The notes under the pieces are model-generated. The model searched no databases. It saw only the letters and a program-made list of their open reading frames with translations, and was not told where the DNA came from. DNA of 64,000 bases from an uncultured bacterium (lineage in GTDB: Bacteria; Krumholzibacteriota; Krumholzibacteriia; JACNKJ01), in assembly GCA_963695095.1 (NCBI GenBank), contig CAVOFT010000001.1:1216001-1280000 (forward strand), in the 5' to 3' direction. Of this stretch, positions 21,458-30,930 are shown one piece after another; the first letter of the stretch is position 1, and the number at the start of each line of letters is the position of its first letter. A program made the position numbers and the translations under genes.

Positions 21458-21487
21458 GTCCCCTAGCGGCCCCGGCGGGCACACACG

Positions 21488-21523
21488 AAAACAGCCCGCC
21501 TCCAATTCCTTGGAAACGGGCTG
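21488..21523 (-). terminator. Rho-independent terminator after tRNA-fMet
   Basis: CAGCCCG...CGGGCTG stem followed by a T run on the minus strand. Confidence 0.65.
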
Positions 21524-21532
21524 CTTGCTAGG

Positions 21533-21606
<74 letters not shown>

Positions 21607-21619
21607 TCAGAGGCTGGCC

Positions 21620-21648
21620 AATATAGACCGGCCGGCCCGCCCTGTCAA
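21620..21648 (-). promoter_or_regulatory. Sigma70 promoter of tRNA-fMet
   Basis: Minus strand TTGACA-N17-TATATT just upstream of the tRNA. Confidence 0.8.
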
Positions 21649-21787
21649 GCCGCGATCACCTTGATCTTTTTCGAGTTACGACGCCTGCCGCCCTCGCGAT
21701 TCCAGCCGGCGCCCTGGGCGCGGCCGGCCTCGCCTGCTATAGTCGGCCTTGGCGGCCGGCGCGGCCGGCCACTGCGCGAGGAGTCCA

Positions 21788-24187
21788 ATGGCCGAGGCAC
21801 GCGATCCAGCTTCCCCCGCCGGCGGCGCTGGCCGCGCGCGCCTGCGCCTGGACTTCCGCGGGCGCGTGCAGGGCGTGGGCTTTCGGCCCTGGATCTATCG
21901 CCTGGCCACGGAGGAGGGCCTGGCCGGCCACGTGGGCAACGACCTGCGCGGCGCCTTCGTCGAAGTCGAGGGCGCCCCGGTGGCCATCGCCCGCTTTCTT
22001 GCGCGCGTCGAAACCGAAGCGCCGGCCCTGGTGGCCATCGTCGCGCGCGAGGAGCAGGCGCTCGCGCCCCTCGGCGAGCGCGAGTTCCGCATCCTCTCGA
22101 GCCGCAGCGGCGGCGAGCAGCGCGCGGAGATCGCGCCCGATGCCGCCACCTGCCCCGACTGCCTGCGCGAACTCTTCGATCCCGCGGATCGCCGCTACCG
22201 CTACCCCTTCATCAACTGCACGAACTGCGGGCCGCGCTACTCGATCGTGAAGTCCCTGCCCTACGACCGGCCGCGCACCACGATGGCCGCCTTCACGATG
22301 TGCCCGCGCTGCCAGGCCGAGTACGATGACCCCGCCGACCGCCGCTTCCACGCCCAGCCCAACGCCTGCGGCGACTGTGGCCCGCGCGTGGAACTCACCG
22401 ACGCCGTGGGCCGCGCGCGCGCGGGCGAGCCCATCGCCGAGAGCGTCCGCCGCCTCCTGGCCGGCGAAATCCTCGCCATCAAGGGGCTCGGCGGCTTTCA
22501 CCTCGCCTGTCGCGCGGATCGCGAAGATGTGGTCGCCCGCCTGCGCGCGCGCAAGGGCCGCGAGGCCAAGCCCCTCGCGCTCATGGTGGCCGAGCTGGCT
22601 GCTGCCCACGCGCTGGTGCAGCTCGACCCGCCCAGCGAGGCCCTGCTCGCGAGCGTCGCGCGGCCCATCGTGCTGGCGCCCGCGCATGCGGGCATCCCGA
22701 TCGCGCCCGCCGTGGCGCCCGGCAGCCACACGCTGGGCATCATGCTGCCCTACACGCCCCTGCACCACCTGCTCTTCGCCACGGCCGCCGCGGGCGAGCA
22801 GCTCGGCCCCCTGGTCATGACCTCGGGCAACCCCAGCGCGGAGCCCCTCTGCGCGGACAACGCCGAAGCCCTCGCGCGGCTCGGCTCCATCGCCGACGCC
22901 TTCCTCCTCCACGATCGCGACATCGAGCGCCGCGTGGACGACTCGGTGGCCCTCGCCCTGCGCCTTGCCGCCCCCGGGGGCGAGGCCGCGCGCACCCTGC
23001 CGCTGCGCCGCGCGCGCGGCTTCGCGCCGGCGCCGATCATCCTGAGCGAGGCGGTCGCCACGACGGTCCTCGCCCTCGGCGGCGAGCTGAAGAGCACCGT
23101 CTGCTATCTCGCCGGCGATCAGGCTCTGCTCAGCGAGCACCTGGGCGACCTGGACAACCCGGCCGCCTACCGCGCCTTCCTCGGCACCATCGAGCGCCTG
23201 GGCGAACTGGTGGGCGTGGAGCCCGCGCTCATCGCCTGCGACCTGCACCCCGACTACGCCGCCAGCCGCCACGCGCGCGGCCTCTCCCTGCCGCGCGTCG
23301 AGGTGCAGCACCACCACGCGCACATCGTCAGCTGCATGGCCGACAACGGCCTGCCGCTGGACGCCGAGGTGCTGGGCCTGGCCTGCGACGGCACGGGCTA
23401 CGGAGACGACGGCAGCATCTGGGGCTGCGAGCTGCTGCAGTGCAGCGCAGCGCGCTACGCGCGCCTGGGGTCCCTGCGCCCCTTCGTGCTGCTGGGCGGC
23501 GACGCCGCGGCCCGCGAGACCTGGCGGCCCGCGGCGGGCCTGCTCGCCGAGACCTACGGGCCCGACTGGCCCGCGGCCGCACCTGGCGCCGCGGCGCGCA
23601 TCCGGCCCGAGGCGCTGGCGCTCGCCCGCCGCTTCCTGGCCGCGCCCGCGCCGCCCGGACCGCGCACGAGCAGCCTGGGTCGGCTCTTCGACGCCGTGGC
23701 CTTCCTGCTTGGCCTCTGCGACTACAACCAGGCCGAGGCCCAGGCGGCGATGGCCCTGGAGGCGGCCGCTGCCCGCCACGGCGCCGCCGCGCCGCTGCCC
23801 TTGCCGGTGATCCCCGAGGGCGGCCTGCTGCTGCTCGACCCGCGGCCGCTCATCGCGGCCCTCGTGGGGGGCCGGGACGCCGGCCGCCCGGCGGGCGAAC
23901 TCGCCGCCGCTTTCCACGCCGGGCTGGCCCAGGGCCTGGCGGCCCTCGCGGCCGCTGCTGCCGCCCAGGGAGCGCCTCGCCGCCTGCTGCTCTCCGGGGG
24001 CTGCTTCGCCAATCGCATTCTCACGGAAGGGCTTGCGGGCCTGTTGCAGGATCATGACCTTGATGTCAGTATTCACCAGCGCGTGCCCACCGGCGACGGG
24101 GGCCTGGCCCTGGGCCAGGCCCTCATCGCCGCCGCGCAGGCCGAACGCGGCCAGCTGCCTCCCACCGGCGCGCACAGCGAGGAGTGA
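21788..24187 (+). CDS. hypF: Carbamoyltransferase HypF
   Basis: Acylphosphatase motif GRVQGVGFRP, zinc fingers, KGLGGFHL, HHHAH and DGGLALGQ. Confidence 0.96.
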   Translation: MAEARDPASPAGGAGRARLRLDFRGRVQGVGFRPWIYRLATEEGLAGHVGNDLRGAFVEVEGAPVAIARFLARVETEAPALVAIVAREEQALAPLGEREFRILSSRSGGEQRAEIAPDAATCPDCLRELFDPADRRYRYPFINCTNCGPRYSIVKSLPYDRPRTTMAAFTMCPRCQAEYDDPADRRFHAQPNACGDCGPRVELTDAVGRARAGEPIAESVRRLLAGEILAIKGLGGFHLACRADREDVVARLRARKGREAKPLALMVAELAAAHALVQLDPPSEALLASVARPIVLAPAHAGIPIAPAVAPGSHTLGIMLPYTPLHHLLFATAAAGEQLGPLVMTSGNPSAEPLCADNAEALARLGSIADAFLLHDRDIERRVDDSVALALRLAAPGGEAARTLPLRRARGFAPAPIILSEAVATTVLALGGELKSTVCYLAGDQALLSEHLGDLDNPAAYRAFLGTIERLGELVGVEPALIACDLHPDYAASRHARGLSLPRVEVQHHHAHIVSCMADNGLPLDAEVLGLACDGTGYGDDGSIWGCELLQCSAARYARLGSLRPFVLLGGDAAARETWRPAAGLLAETYGPDWPAAAPGAAARIRPEALALARRFLAAPAPPGPRTSSLGRLFDAVAFLLGLCDYNQAEAQAAMALEAAAARHGAAAPLPLPVIPEGGLLLLDPRPLIAALVGGRDAGRPAGELAAAFHAGLAQGLAALAAAAAAQGAPRRLLLSGGCFANRILTEGLAGLLQDHDLDVSIHQRVPTGDGGLALGQALIAAAQAERGQLPPTGAHSEE

Positions 24188-24190
24188 ACC

Positions 24191-24472
24191 ATGTGCTTGG
24201 CCGTTCCGGGCAAGATCCTGAGCGTCAGCGCCGTCGATGAGGGCCCCCTGGGACCGATGGCGATGGTCGACTTCCAGGGCAGCCGCCTCGAGGTCTCCCT
24301 CGCGATGACCCCCGAGGCCGGCCCCGGCGACTGGCTGCTCGTGCATGCCGGCTTCGCCCTCACCGTGCTCGACGAGGCCGAGGCCCGCGAGACCTGGGAG
24401 ACCCTGCGCCTGGCCCTGGGCGACGACTTCGAGCTGCCCGGCGCGCAGGCCGGGCCGGCAGTGGAGTCCTGA
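24191..24472 (+). CDS. hypC: Hydrogenase assembly chaperone HypC
   Basis: MCLAVPG N-terminus and LVHAGFA. Confidence 0.96.
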   Translation: MCLAVPGKILSVSAVDEGPLGPMAMVDFQGSRLEVSLAMTPEAGPGDWLLVHAGFALTVLDEAEARETWETLRLALGDDFELPGAQAGPAVES

Positions 24473-25557
24473 TGCCTGCGGCCGCCCAGCTCGCCGCGGA
24501 GATCGCCGAGCTCGTCGCCGCGCAGGCGCGGCCCGTCACCCTCATGGAGGTCTGCGGCACGCACACGGTGAGCCTCTTTCGCACGGGGGCGCGCTCGCTG
24601 CTGCCCGCCGCGCTCAAGCTGCTCAGCGGACCGGGCTGCCCGGTCTGCGTCACCAGCCAGGGCTATCTCGACGCCGCCTGCGCGCTGGCCGCCCGCCCCG
24701 GCATCATCCTCGCCACCTACGGCGACATGATGCGCGTGCCGGGCAGCACGGGCAGCCTCGAGCGCCTGCGCGGCGAGGGGGCCGAGATCGCCGTCGTCTT
24801 CTCGGCCCGCGACGCGCTGCGCCTGGCTCGCGAGCGGCCCCGCGAGCAGATCGTCTTTCTCGCCGTCGGCTTCGAGACCACGGCGCCGGCCACGGCCGCC
24901 ACCCTGCTGGCCGCGGCCGCCGAGGGGATCGACAACTTCAGCATCCTGCCGGGGCACAAGCTCGTCATCCCGGCGATGGCGGCCCTGCTCAGCGCGGGCG
25001 AGGTGCCGGTGGACGGCTTCCTCTGCCCCGGCCACGTGAGCGTGGTGATCGGCGCCGACGCCTTTTTGCCCATCGCCGAGGGCTTCGGCAAGCCCTGCGC
25101 GGTGGCCGGCTTCGAGCTGGCGGGGATGCTCGCGGGCATTCGCGCCCTGCTCGCGCAGCTCGCCGCGGGCGAGGCCAGGGTGGACAATGCCTACCCGGCC
25201 GTCGTCAGCGCCGCGGGCAACCGGCGCGCCTGGGAGCTGGTGCTCTCGGTGTTCGAGCCCGGCGACGACGCCTGGCGGGCCATGGGCGTGATTCCCGCCA
25301 GCGGGCTCGCCCTGCGCCCGGCCTTCCGGCGCTTCGACGCCCGCGCGCGCTTCGGCGTGGAGTTCGGGCCCGACGTCCATCCCCCCGGCTGCCTCTGCGG
25401 CGAGGTGATCCAGGGCAAGGCGAGCCCGGTCGACTGCGCGCTCTTCGCCGAAGGCTGCACGCCGCTGGCCCCCGTGGGTCCCTGCATGGTCAGCAGCGAG
25501 GGCACCTGCGCCGCCTGGTACCGCTACGGCCGGCTGAGCGCCGGCGCCCGCGAGTAG
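24472..25557 (+). CDS. hypD: Hydrogenase maturation protein HypD
   Basis: MEVCGTHT, GPGCPVC, GFETT, PGHVS and GPCMVSSEG.C motifs. Confidence 0.96.
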   Translation: MPAAAQLAAEIAELVAAQARPVTLMEVCGTHTVSLFRTGARSLLPAALKLLSGPGCPVCVTSQGYLDAACALAARPGIILATYGDMMRVPGSTGSLERLRGEGAEIAVVFSARDALRLARERPREQIVFLAVGFETTAPATAATLLAAAAEGIDNFSILPGHKLVIPAMAALLSAGEVPVDGFLCPGHVSVVIGADAFLPIAEGFGKPCAVAGFELAGMLAGIRALLAQLAAGEARVDNAYPAVVSAAGNRRAWELVLSVFEPGDDAWRAMGVIPASGLALRPAFRRFDARARFGVEFGPDVHPPGCLCGEVIQGKASPVDCALFAEGCTPLAPVGPCMVSSEGTCAAWYRYGRLSAGARE

Positions 25558-25564
25558 GAGCCGC

Positions 25565-26582
25565 ATGCGCGAGTCCGAACAGATCCTGATGGCCCACGGC
25601 GGCGGCGGCGAGTTGACGCAGCGCCTCGTCGCCGAGCACATCCTGCCGCGCCTGGGCAACCCCCTGCTGGCGCCGCTGGCCGACGGCGCCCTGCTCGCGC
25701 CCGTGGCCGGCAGGCTCTGCCTGACGACGGACTCCTTCGTCGTGCAGCCGCTCGAATTCCCGGGCGGCGACATCGGCCGGCTCGCCGTCTGCGGCACCGT
25801 CAACGACCTGGCGATGATGGGCGCGCGACCGCTGGCCCTCAGCCTCGGCCTCATTCTCGAGGAGGGGCTCGCCCTGGCCACCCTCGACCGCGTGCTGGAC
25901 TCCATCGCCGTCGCGGCGGCCGCGGCCGGCGTGCCCGTGGCGACGGGCGACACCAAGGTCATCGAGCGGCGGGGCGCGGGCGGGCTGCTCATCAATACCA
26001 CCGGCCTCGGCGAGCTGCGCGCCGGCGCCCTGCTCGGCGCCGAGCGCGTGGAGGCGGGCGACTTGCTGCTCGTCAGCGGCGGCATCGCCGAGCACGGCCT
26101 GGCCGTGCTCTCCATGCGCCAGCACCTGGAGTTCGCCACCGATCTCGTCAGCGACGTCGCCGCGCTGGACACGCTGGCCGCCGCTCTCATCGCGGCCTGC
26201 GGCGAGGCGCTCAAGTTCATGCGGGATCCGACGCGCGGCGGCCTGGCGGGCCTGGTCTGCGACCTCGCAGCGGCGGCGGGGCTCGGCGTGGAAGTGGACG
26301 AGGCGGCGGTGCCGATCCTGCCGGCCGCCCTGGCCACGGCGGAGTTGCTGGGGCTCGATCCCCTGGGCATCGCCAACGAAGGCAAGCTGGTGGCCGTGGT
26401 GGCCGCCGGCGGCGGCGCCGCGCGCCCTCGCCGCGCTGCGCGCGCACCCGCTGGGCGCGCGCGCAGCGCTCGTCGGCCGCTGCCTGCGCGCCGCGCCGCC
26501 CCTGGCGGAGCTGATCACGCGGGGCGGTGGCCGCCGGCTCATCGCCCGGCCCTACGGCGAAGATCTGCCGCGCATCTGCTGA
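25565..26582 (+). CDS. hypE: Carbamoyl dehydratase HypE with an apparent frameshift near 26420-26426
   Basis: HGGGG, GTVNDL, DTKV, RDPTRGG and ANEGK motifs; the conserved ...GEDLPRIC* end lies in another frame (TGA 26580-26582). Confidence 0.9.
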
Positions 26583-26591
26583 AGGAGCGCC

Positions 26592-26963
26592 GTGCACGAG
26601 CTGAGTATCGCCCTCGCCCTGCTCGAGCAACTCGAGGCGCTGGCCGCCGAGCGCGATATCGAGTGCTTCGAGAGCATCGAGCTGAGGGCCGGCGCCAGGC
26701 GGGGCATCGTACCCGAAGCGCTGGAGCTGGCCTTCCGTGAGGCGGCTCGGGGCGGCGTGGCGGCCCAGGCGCGGCTGGAGTTGACGATCGTGCCCACGCA
26801 GGCGCGCTGCCGGGGCTGCGGCCACGAGTTCGCGCCTGCAGTCGCCGACTACCTCTGCGCCCGCTGCGGTCAGGCCGATGTGGAAATTCTCAGCGGCGAC
26901 GATATCGTGCTCAGTCGCGTGACCTGCGCCCTCGCCGGCGCGGATGAGGAGGACCCCTCGTGA
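26592..26963 (+). CDS. hypA: Nickel metallochaperone HypA
   Basis: MHELSIA N-terminus and two CxxC motifs. Confidence 0.93.
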   Translation: MHELSIALALLEQLEALAAERDIECFESIELRAGARRGIVPEALELAFREAARGGVAAQARLELTIVPTQARCRGCGHEFAPAVADYLCARCGQADVEILSGDDIVLSRVTCALAGADEEDPS

Positions 26964-27628
26964 ACAAGGTGGAACGGACGATCAATGTCGTCACCAGCGT
27001 GCTCAAGGCCAACGACGCCGTGGCGCGGGCCAATCGCGCGCGCCTGGATGCGGCCGGCGTGCTGGCCCTGAACATCACCAGCGCGCCGGGCAGCGGCAAG
27101 ACGGCCCTGCTCGAGGCCACGCTGCCGGCCCTGGCGCCCCTGCGGGTGGCGGTGATCGTGGGCGACCTGCAGACCACGCGCGACGCCGAGCGCCTGCGGT
27201 CGCTGGCTGTCGCCGTCACCCAGATCAACACCGAGGGCGGCTGCCACCTGGCCGCCACCCAGGTGGCCGAGGCCCTGGACGGCCTGCCGCTGGACGCCCT
27301 GGACCTGCTCTTCATCGAGAACGTCGGCAACATGGTCTGCCCGGCCGGCTTCGACCTCGGCGAGCACCGGCGGGTGGCCATGCTCTCGGTGCCGGAGGGG
27401 GCGGACAAGGTGGCCAAGTACCCGACGCTTTTTCAGCCGGCCGACCTGATCCTGCTGAACAAGATCGATCTGGCGCCGCTCTTGGACTACGATGTGGAGC
27501 TGGTGCGGACCGACCTGGCCCAGATCAACACGCGAGCGCCGCTCGTCCTGCTCTCCGCTCGCAGCGGCGAAGGGCTGGCGGGCTGGCTGGACTGGTTGCG
27601 CGCGGAGCTGGCGGCCCGGCGGGGCTGA
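26960..27628 (+). CDS. hypB: Hydrogenase nickel incorporation GTPase HypB
   Basis: PGSGKT, GCHL, ENVGNMVCPA and NKID motifs. Confidence 0.96.
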   Translation: MNKVERTINVVTSVLKANDAVARANRARLDAAGVLALNITSAPGSGKTALLEATLPALAPLRVAVIVGDLQTTRDAERLRSLAVAVTQINTEGGCHLAATQVAEALDGLPLDALDLLFIENVGNMVCPAGFDLGEHRRVAMLSVPEGADKVAKYPTLFQPADLILLNKIDLAPLLDYDVELVRTDLAQINTRAPLVLLSARSGEGLAGWLDWLRAELAARRG

Positions 27629-27656
27629 GTCCGGGCAGCGGCTGGGAAGGAGGGGG

Positions 27657-29552
27657 ATGAGCGAACACAGCGCGCGGCGGCGCATGCGGCGACTCAGCCA
27701 GGAGCTGAGCGGCGCCAATCTGCCCCGGGTCTGGGGCCGCCGCTCTTTCTGGCAGATCCGTCTGCGCTGGTGGGTGCCGCCGCTCATCCTGGGCACGGTC
27801 CTGCTTGCCCGCTTCGTCGGCTTCGGCTTCCCCGTGCGGCCGGTGCTCTTCACCGCCCTTGGCATCCTCAGCTACAATCTGCTGCTCACGATCGGCGTCC
27901 GCCGCCTGCGCGCGGACCTCGAGCGCCAGTCGGTCCGCGATCGGGGCTGGACCATCGCCGAGGTGGCGCTGGACTACGGCGCCATGTTCCTGCTCGTCTA
28001 CTTCACGGGGGGCGTGGCTAGCCCGCTGATCTTCTTTTTTCTCTTCCACATCATCTTCGCCGCCATCCAGTTCACGGCCAGCACGGCCTACGGCTTTGCC
28101 GGCGTGAGCGTCTTCGGTCTCTGGCTGCTCGCCCTGCTGGAGCTGGAGGGCGTCGTGGCCAGCCATCCGCTGCTCTGGCGCGGCCAGGTTCTCGAGTTGC
28201 TCGACTATCCCGGGCACCTGCTGGCCCTGCTGATCGTCTTCAGCACGACGGCGATCACGACGGCGATGCTGACCACGCGCATCATGGTCCGCCTGCGCCG
28301 GCGGGTGGGGGAACTGACTGCGGCAAGCCAGCAGGTACTCACGCTCAACGAGCGCTTCCACAGCCTCTACGCAATGCTGCGCGCCATCGGTTCCGCGCAT
28401 GAGCCGCAGGCCCTGCTCGATCTCGTGTGCCGCGAGCTGGCAGGCGTGATGGAAGTGCGAGTGGTGGCCGTCAAGCTGCTCAGCGAAGACGGTTGCCGCT
28501 TGAACTTCGTCGCCGCCGAGGGGCTATCCGCGGAGTTCCTGGCCGGCCAGGTAGTACGGCTCGCCGACAGTCCGCTCAATCAGCGGGTGATCGCCGGGGA
28601 GACCCTGGTCGAGGGGGACATCGACACGGAGGCCGCCTTCCAGCAGTACGAGGAGCTGCGCCGCCAGGGCATCCGCTCGCTGGCCTTCGCGCCGCTGCGC
28701 CTCGAATCCCGCGTGATCGGCGTTCTCAGCGCCTACTGCGACCGCCCCCAGCGCTTCACCAAGGACGACACTGCTTTCCTCAGTCTCGCCGCCGAGCTGG
28801 TCGCCGTGGCGATCGAGAACGCCCGCGCTCACGCCGCGGCGGAGCGCCTGCTCGCCGAGCGGTCCCAGTTCCTGCTGCGCGTCACCCACAACATGCGCTC
28901 CCCGCTGGCGGCAGCGCTCAGCCTGCTCTCTGCGGTGCGGGAGGGCATTCTCGGCGTCATCAGTCCGCGGCAGGATGAGTTCCTGCAGCGCATCGATCTG
29001 CGCCTGCGCAACCTGAACCAGACCATCGGCGAGCTGCTCACGCTCGCCCGCGGGCGCGAGCAGGGTGAGGTGGCGCCGCCGGCGCGCCTGGAGCCATCGC
29101 GGCTGGCGGCGCGGCTGAGCGAGCTCTTCGCCGAGCGGGCAGCGGCGAAGTCGCTGGAGCTGAGCATCGCGGTCGCCGACGGCAGCCCCGCGGTCATGGG
29201 CCGAGAGGAGGCCATCGGCCAGCTGCTCGAGAACCTCGTCTCCAATGCGGTCAAGTACACGGCGCCGGGCGGCTTCGTTCGGGTCGGCTTCCAGCCATCG
29301 CCGGCCGGTGAGCTGCGCATCGAGGTGCGCGACAGCGGCATCGGCATCCCGGCCGCCGAGCAGGTGGAGCTCTTCAGCGAGTTCTTCCGCGCCAGCAACG
29401 CCAAGAAGCTGGCCGAGGAAGGCACCGGCCTCGGCCTGGCCCTGGTCAAGCAGGCGGTGGAGCGGCATGGCGGCCGCCTCCACCTGGCCAGCGAAGAGGG
29501 GGTGGGCACCACCGTGGTCGTGGACCTGCCAGCGGCGGCCGAGAGCCCCTGA
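27657..29552 (+). CDS. Membrane-bound GAF-domain sensor histidine kinase
   Basis: About 6 N-terminal TM helices, GAF region, H-box THNMRSPL, NLVSNAVKY, DSGIG and GTGLGL. Confidence 0.9.
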   Translation: MSEHSARRRMRRLSQELSGANLPRVWGRRSFWQIRLRWWVPPLILGTVLLARFVGFGFPVRPVLFTALGILSYNLLLTIGVRRLRADLERQSVRDRGWTIAEVALDYGAMFLLVYFTGGVASPLIFFFLFHIIFAAIQFTASTAYGFAGVSVFGLWLLALLELEGVVASHPLLWRGQVLELLDYPGHLLALLIVFSTTAITTAMLTTRIMVRLRRRVGELTAASQQVLTLNERFHSLYAMLRAIGSAHEPQALLDLVCRELAGVMEVRVVAVKLLSEDGCRLNFVAAEGLSAEFLAGQVVRLADSPLNQRVIAGETLVEGDIDTEAAFQQYEELRRQGIRSLAFAPLRLESRVIGVLSAYCDRPQRFTKDDTAFLSLAAELVAVAIENARAHAAAERLLAERSQFLLRVTHNMRSPLAAALSLLSAVREGILGVISPRQDEFLQRIDLRLRNLNQTIGELLTLARGREQGEVAPPARLEPSRLAARLSELFAERAAAKSLELSIAVADGSPAVMGREEAIGQLLENLVSNAVKYTAPGGFVRVGFQPSPAGELRIEVRDSGIGIPAAEQVELFSEFFRASNAKKLAEEGTGLGLALVKQAVERHGGRLHLASEEGVGTTVVVDLPAAAESP

Positions 29553-29705
29553 CCCTTCGCCATGGCGCCGAACTCGCGAGATGGCGATCCGGCCAGCGAC
29601 ATGGGACAAATCATATCTGATTCCGTATCTGAATCTAATCCAAGAAGTTAGCACTGCTATCGGGCATGTTCCGCCCACGGTGTCCCGTTTTCCTGATTTC
29701 GGATC

Positions 29706-29752
29706 TTGACGACTCTCCGGCGTCGCCTACCTTGCCGTTACAAAAATAACGG
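29706..29752 (+). promoter_or_regulatory. Promoter of the rex-hyd operon with candidate Rex operator
   Basis: TTGACG-N16-TACCTT followed by the 18-bp palindrome CCGTTA-CAAAAA-TAACGG (29735-29752). Confidence 0.6.
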
Positions 29753-29790
29753 GGCGTCCACGGGCGGCCAGGAACAGCAGGGATCCGGCG

Positions 29791-30438
29791 ATGCGCGAGC
29801 GAAGCGGGCAGTGGTTGAGCGCAAAGGCCATCGGCCGGCTCAGCCTGTATCGGCGGATGCTGCAGGTGCTCGAACTGCACGGCGTGGAGGCCGTCTTCTC
29901 CCACGAGCTGGCCACGCTGGCCGGCACCACGCCCTCGCAGGTGCGGCGGGACCTGATGAGCGTCGAGAGTCTGGGCACACCCAGCCAGGGCTACCCTGTG
30001 CTGGCGACGAGCCAGGCGATCGCATCGCTCCTGATCGGCGAGGCGAAGCAGCGCGTCATCCTCGTCGGCGTCGGCAGTCTGGGCCGCGCGGTTCTGCACT
30101 ATTTCCAGCGCAATCATCCGCACCTCGAACTGGCGGCCGTCTTCGACAGCGACCCCGCGAAGGTGGGTCGCCAGATCGACGGCACGCTCGTCCACGGCAT
30201 CGCCGAGCTGGCAAGCCTGGTGGCGGAGCTTCAGGTGCGCACGGCCATCCTCACGCTCACCGCCGAGGGCGCGCAGGAGACGGCCGATCGACTTGTCAGC
30301 TGCGGCATCGTCAGCATGCTGAATTTCACTAACGTCAGGCTGCGTGTCCGCGAGGGCGTCTACGTGGAGAACACGGACATCGGCATCGCTCTCGAGCGTG
30401 TGGCCTATTACGGGCAACGGGCGGCAGAGGAGGACTAA
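29791..30438 (+). CDS. rex: Redox-sensing transcriptional repressor Rex
   Basis: RLSLYRR and SQVRRDL winged helix, G....GY wing, Rossmann motif GVGSLG and LNF. Confidence 0.93.
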   Translation: MRERSGQWLSAKAIGRLSLYRRMLQVLELHGVEAVFSHELATLAGTTPSQVRRDLMSVESLGTPSQGYPVLATSQAIASLLIGEAKQRVILVGVGSLGRAVLHYFQRNHPHLELAAVFDSDPAKVGRQIDGTLVHGIAELASLVAELQVRTAILTLTAEGAQETADRLVSCGIVSMLNFTNVRLRVREGVYVENTDIGIALERVAYYGQRAAEED

Positions 30439-30441
30439 CGC

Positions 30442-30930
30442 ATGAGCGCCACGGTCGAGAGCATTCTGGCCCGGCACCGGGACGCAGGGCGCGAGGCCCT
30501 GATCCCGCTGCTCCAGGAGCTGCAGGAAGTGGAGGGGTTCATCTCGGAGGCGGCGGTGATGGCCATCGGCCAGCACCTGCACTTGCCGGCCAGCAAGATC
30601 TACGGGGTGGCCACCTTCTACAACCAGTTCCGCTTCCAGCCGCGCGGCCGCTACCACGTCATGGTCTGCCGGGGCACGGCTTGCCACGTGAAGAACTCCG
30701 CCCGCGTGCTGGATACCGTCCGCCGCGTGCTCAAGCTCGAGCCGGGGCAGACCTCGCGCGACCGGCTCTTCAGCCTCGAGGTCGTCGCCTGCATGGGCGC
30801 CTGCGGCCTGTCGCCGGTGATCAACATCAACGGCGAGTTCTACGCCAAGGTGACGCCGCGCAAAGTGGAGCAGATCATCGAGGAGTGCCGGTGCGAAGTG
30901 CGCGCAGACGAGGAGGCGACCCATGTCTAA
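30442..30930 (+). CDS. hydC: NuoE-like [2Fe-2S] subunit of multimeric [FeFe]-hydrogenase (HydC/HndA)
   Basis: YGVATFYNQF, CRGTAC and CMGAC.LSP motifs. Confidence 0.9.
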   Translation: MSATVESILARHRDAGREALIPLLQELQEVEGFISEAAVMAIGQHLHLPASKIYGVATFYNQFRFQPRGRYHVMVCRGTACHVKNSARVLDTVRRVLKLEPGQTSRDRLFSLEVVACMGACGLSPVININGEFYAKVTPRKVEQIIEECRCEVRADEEATHV

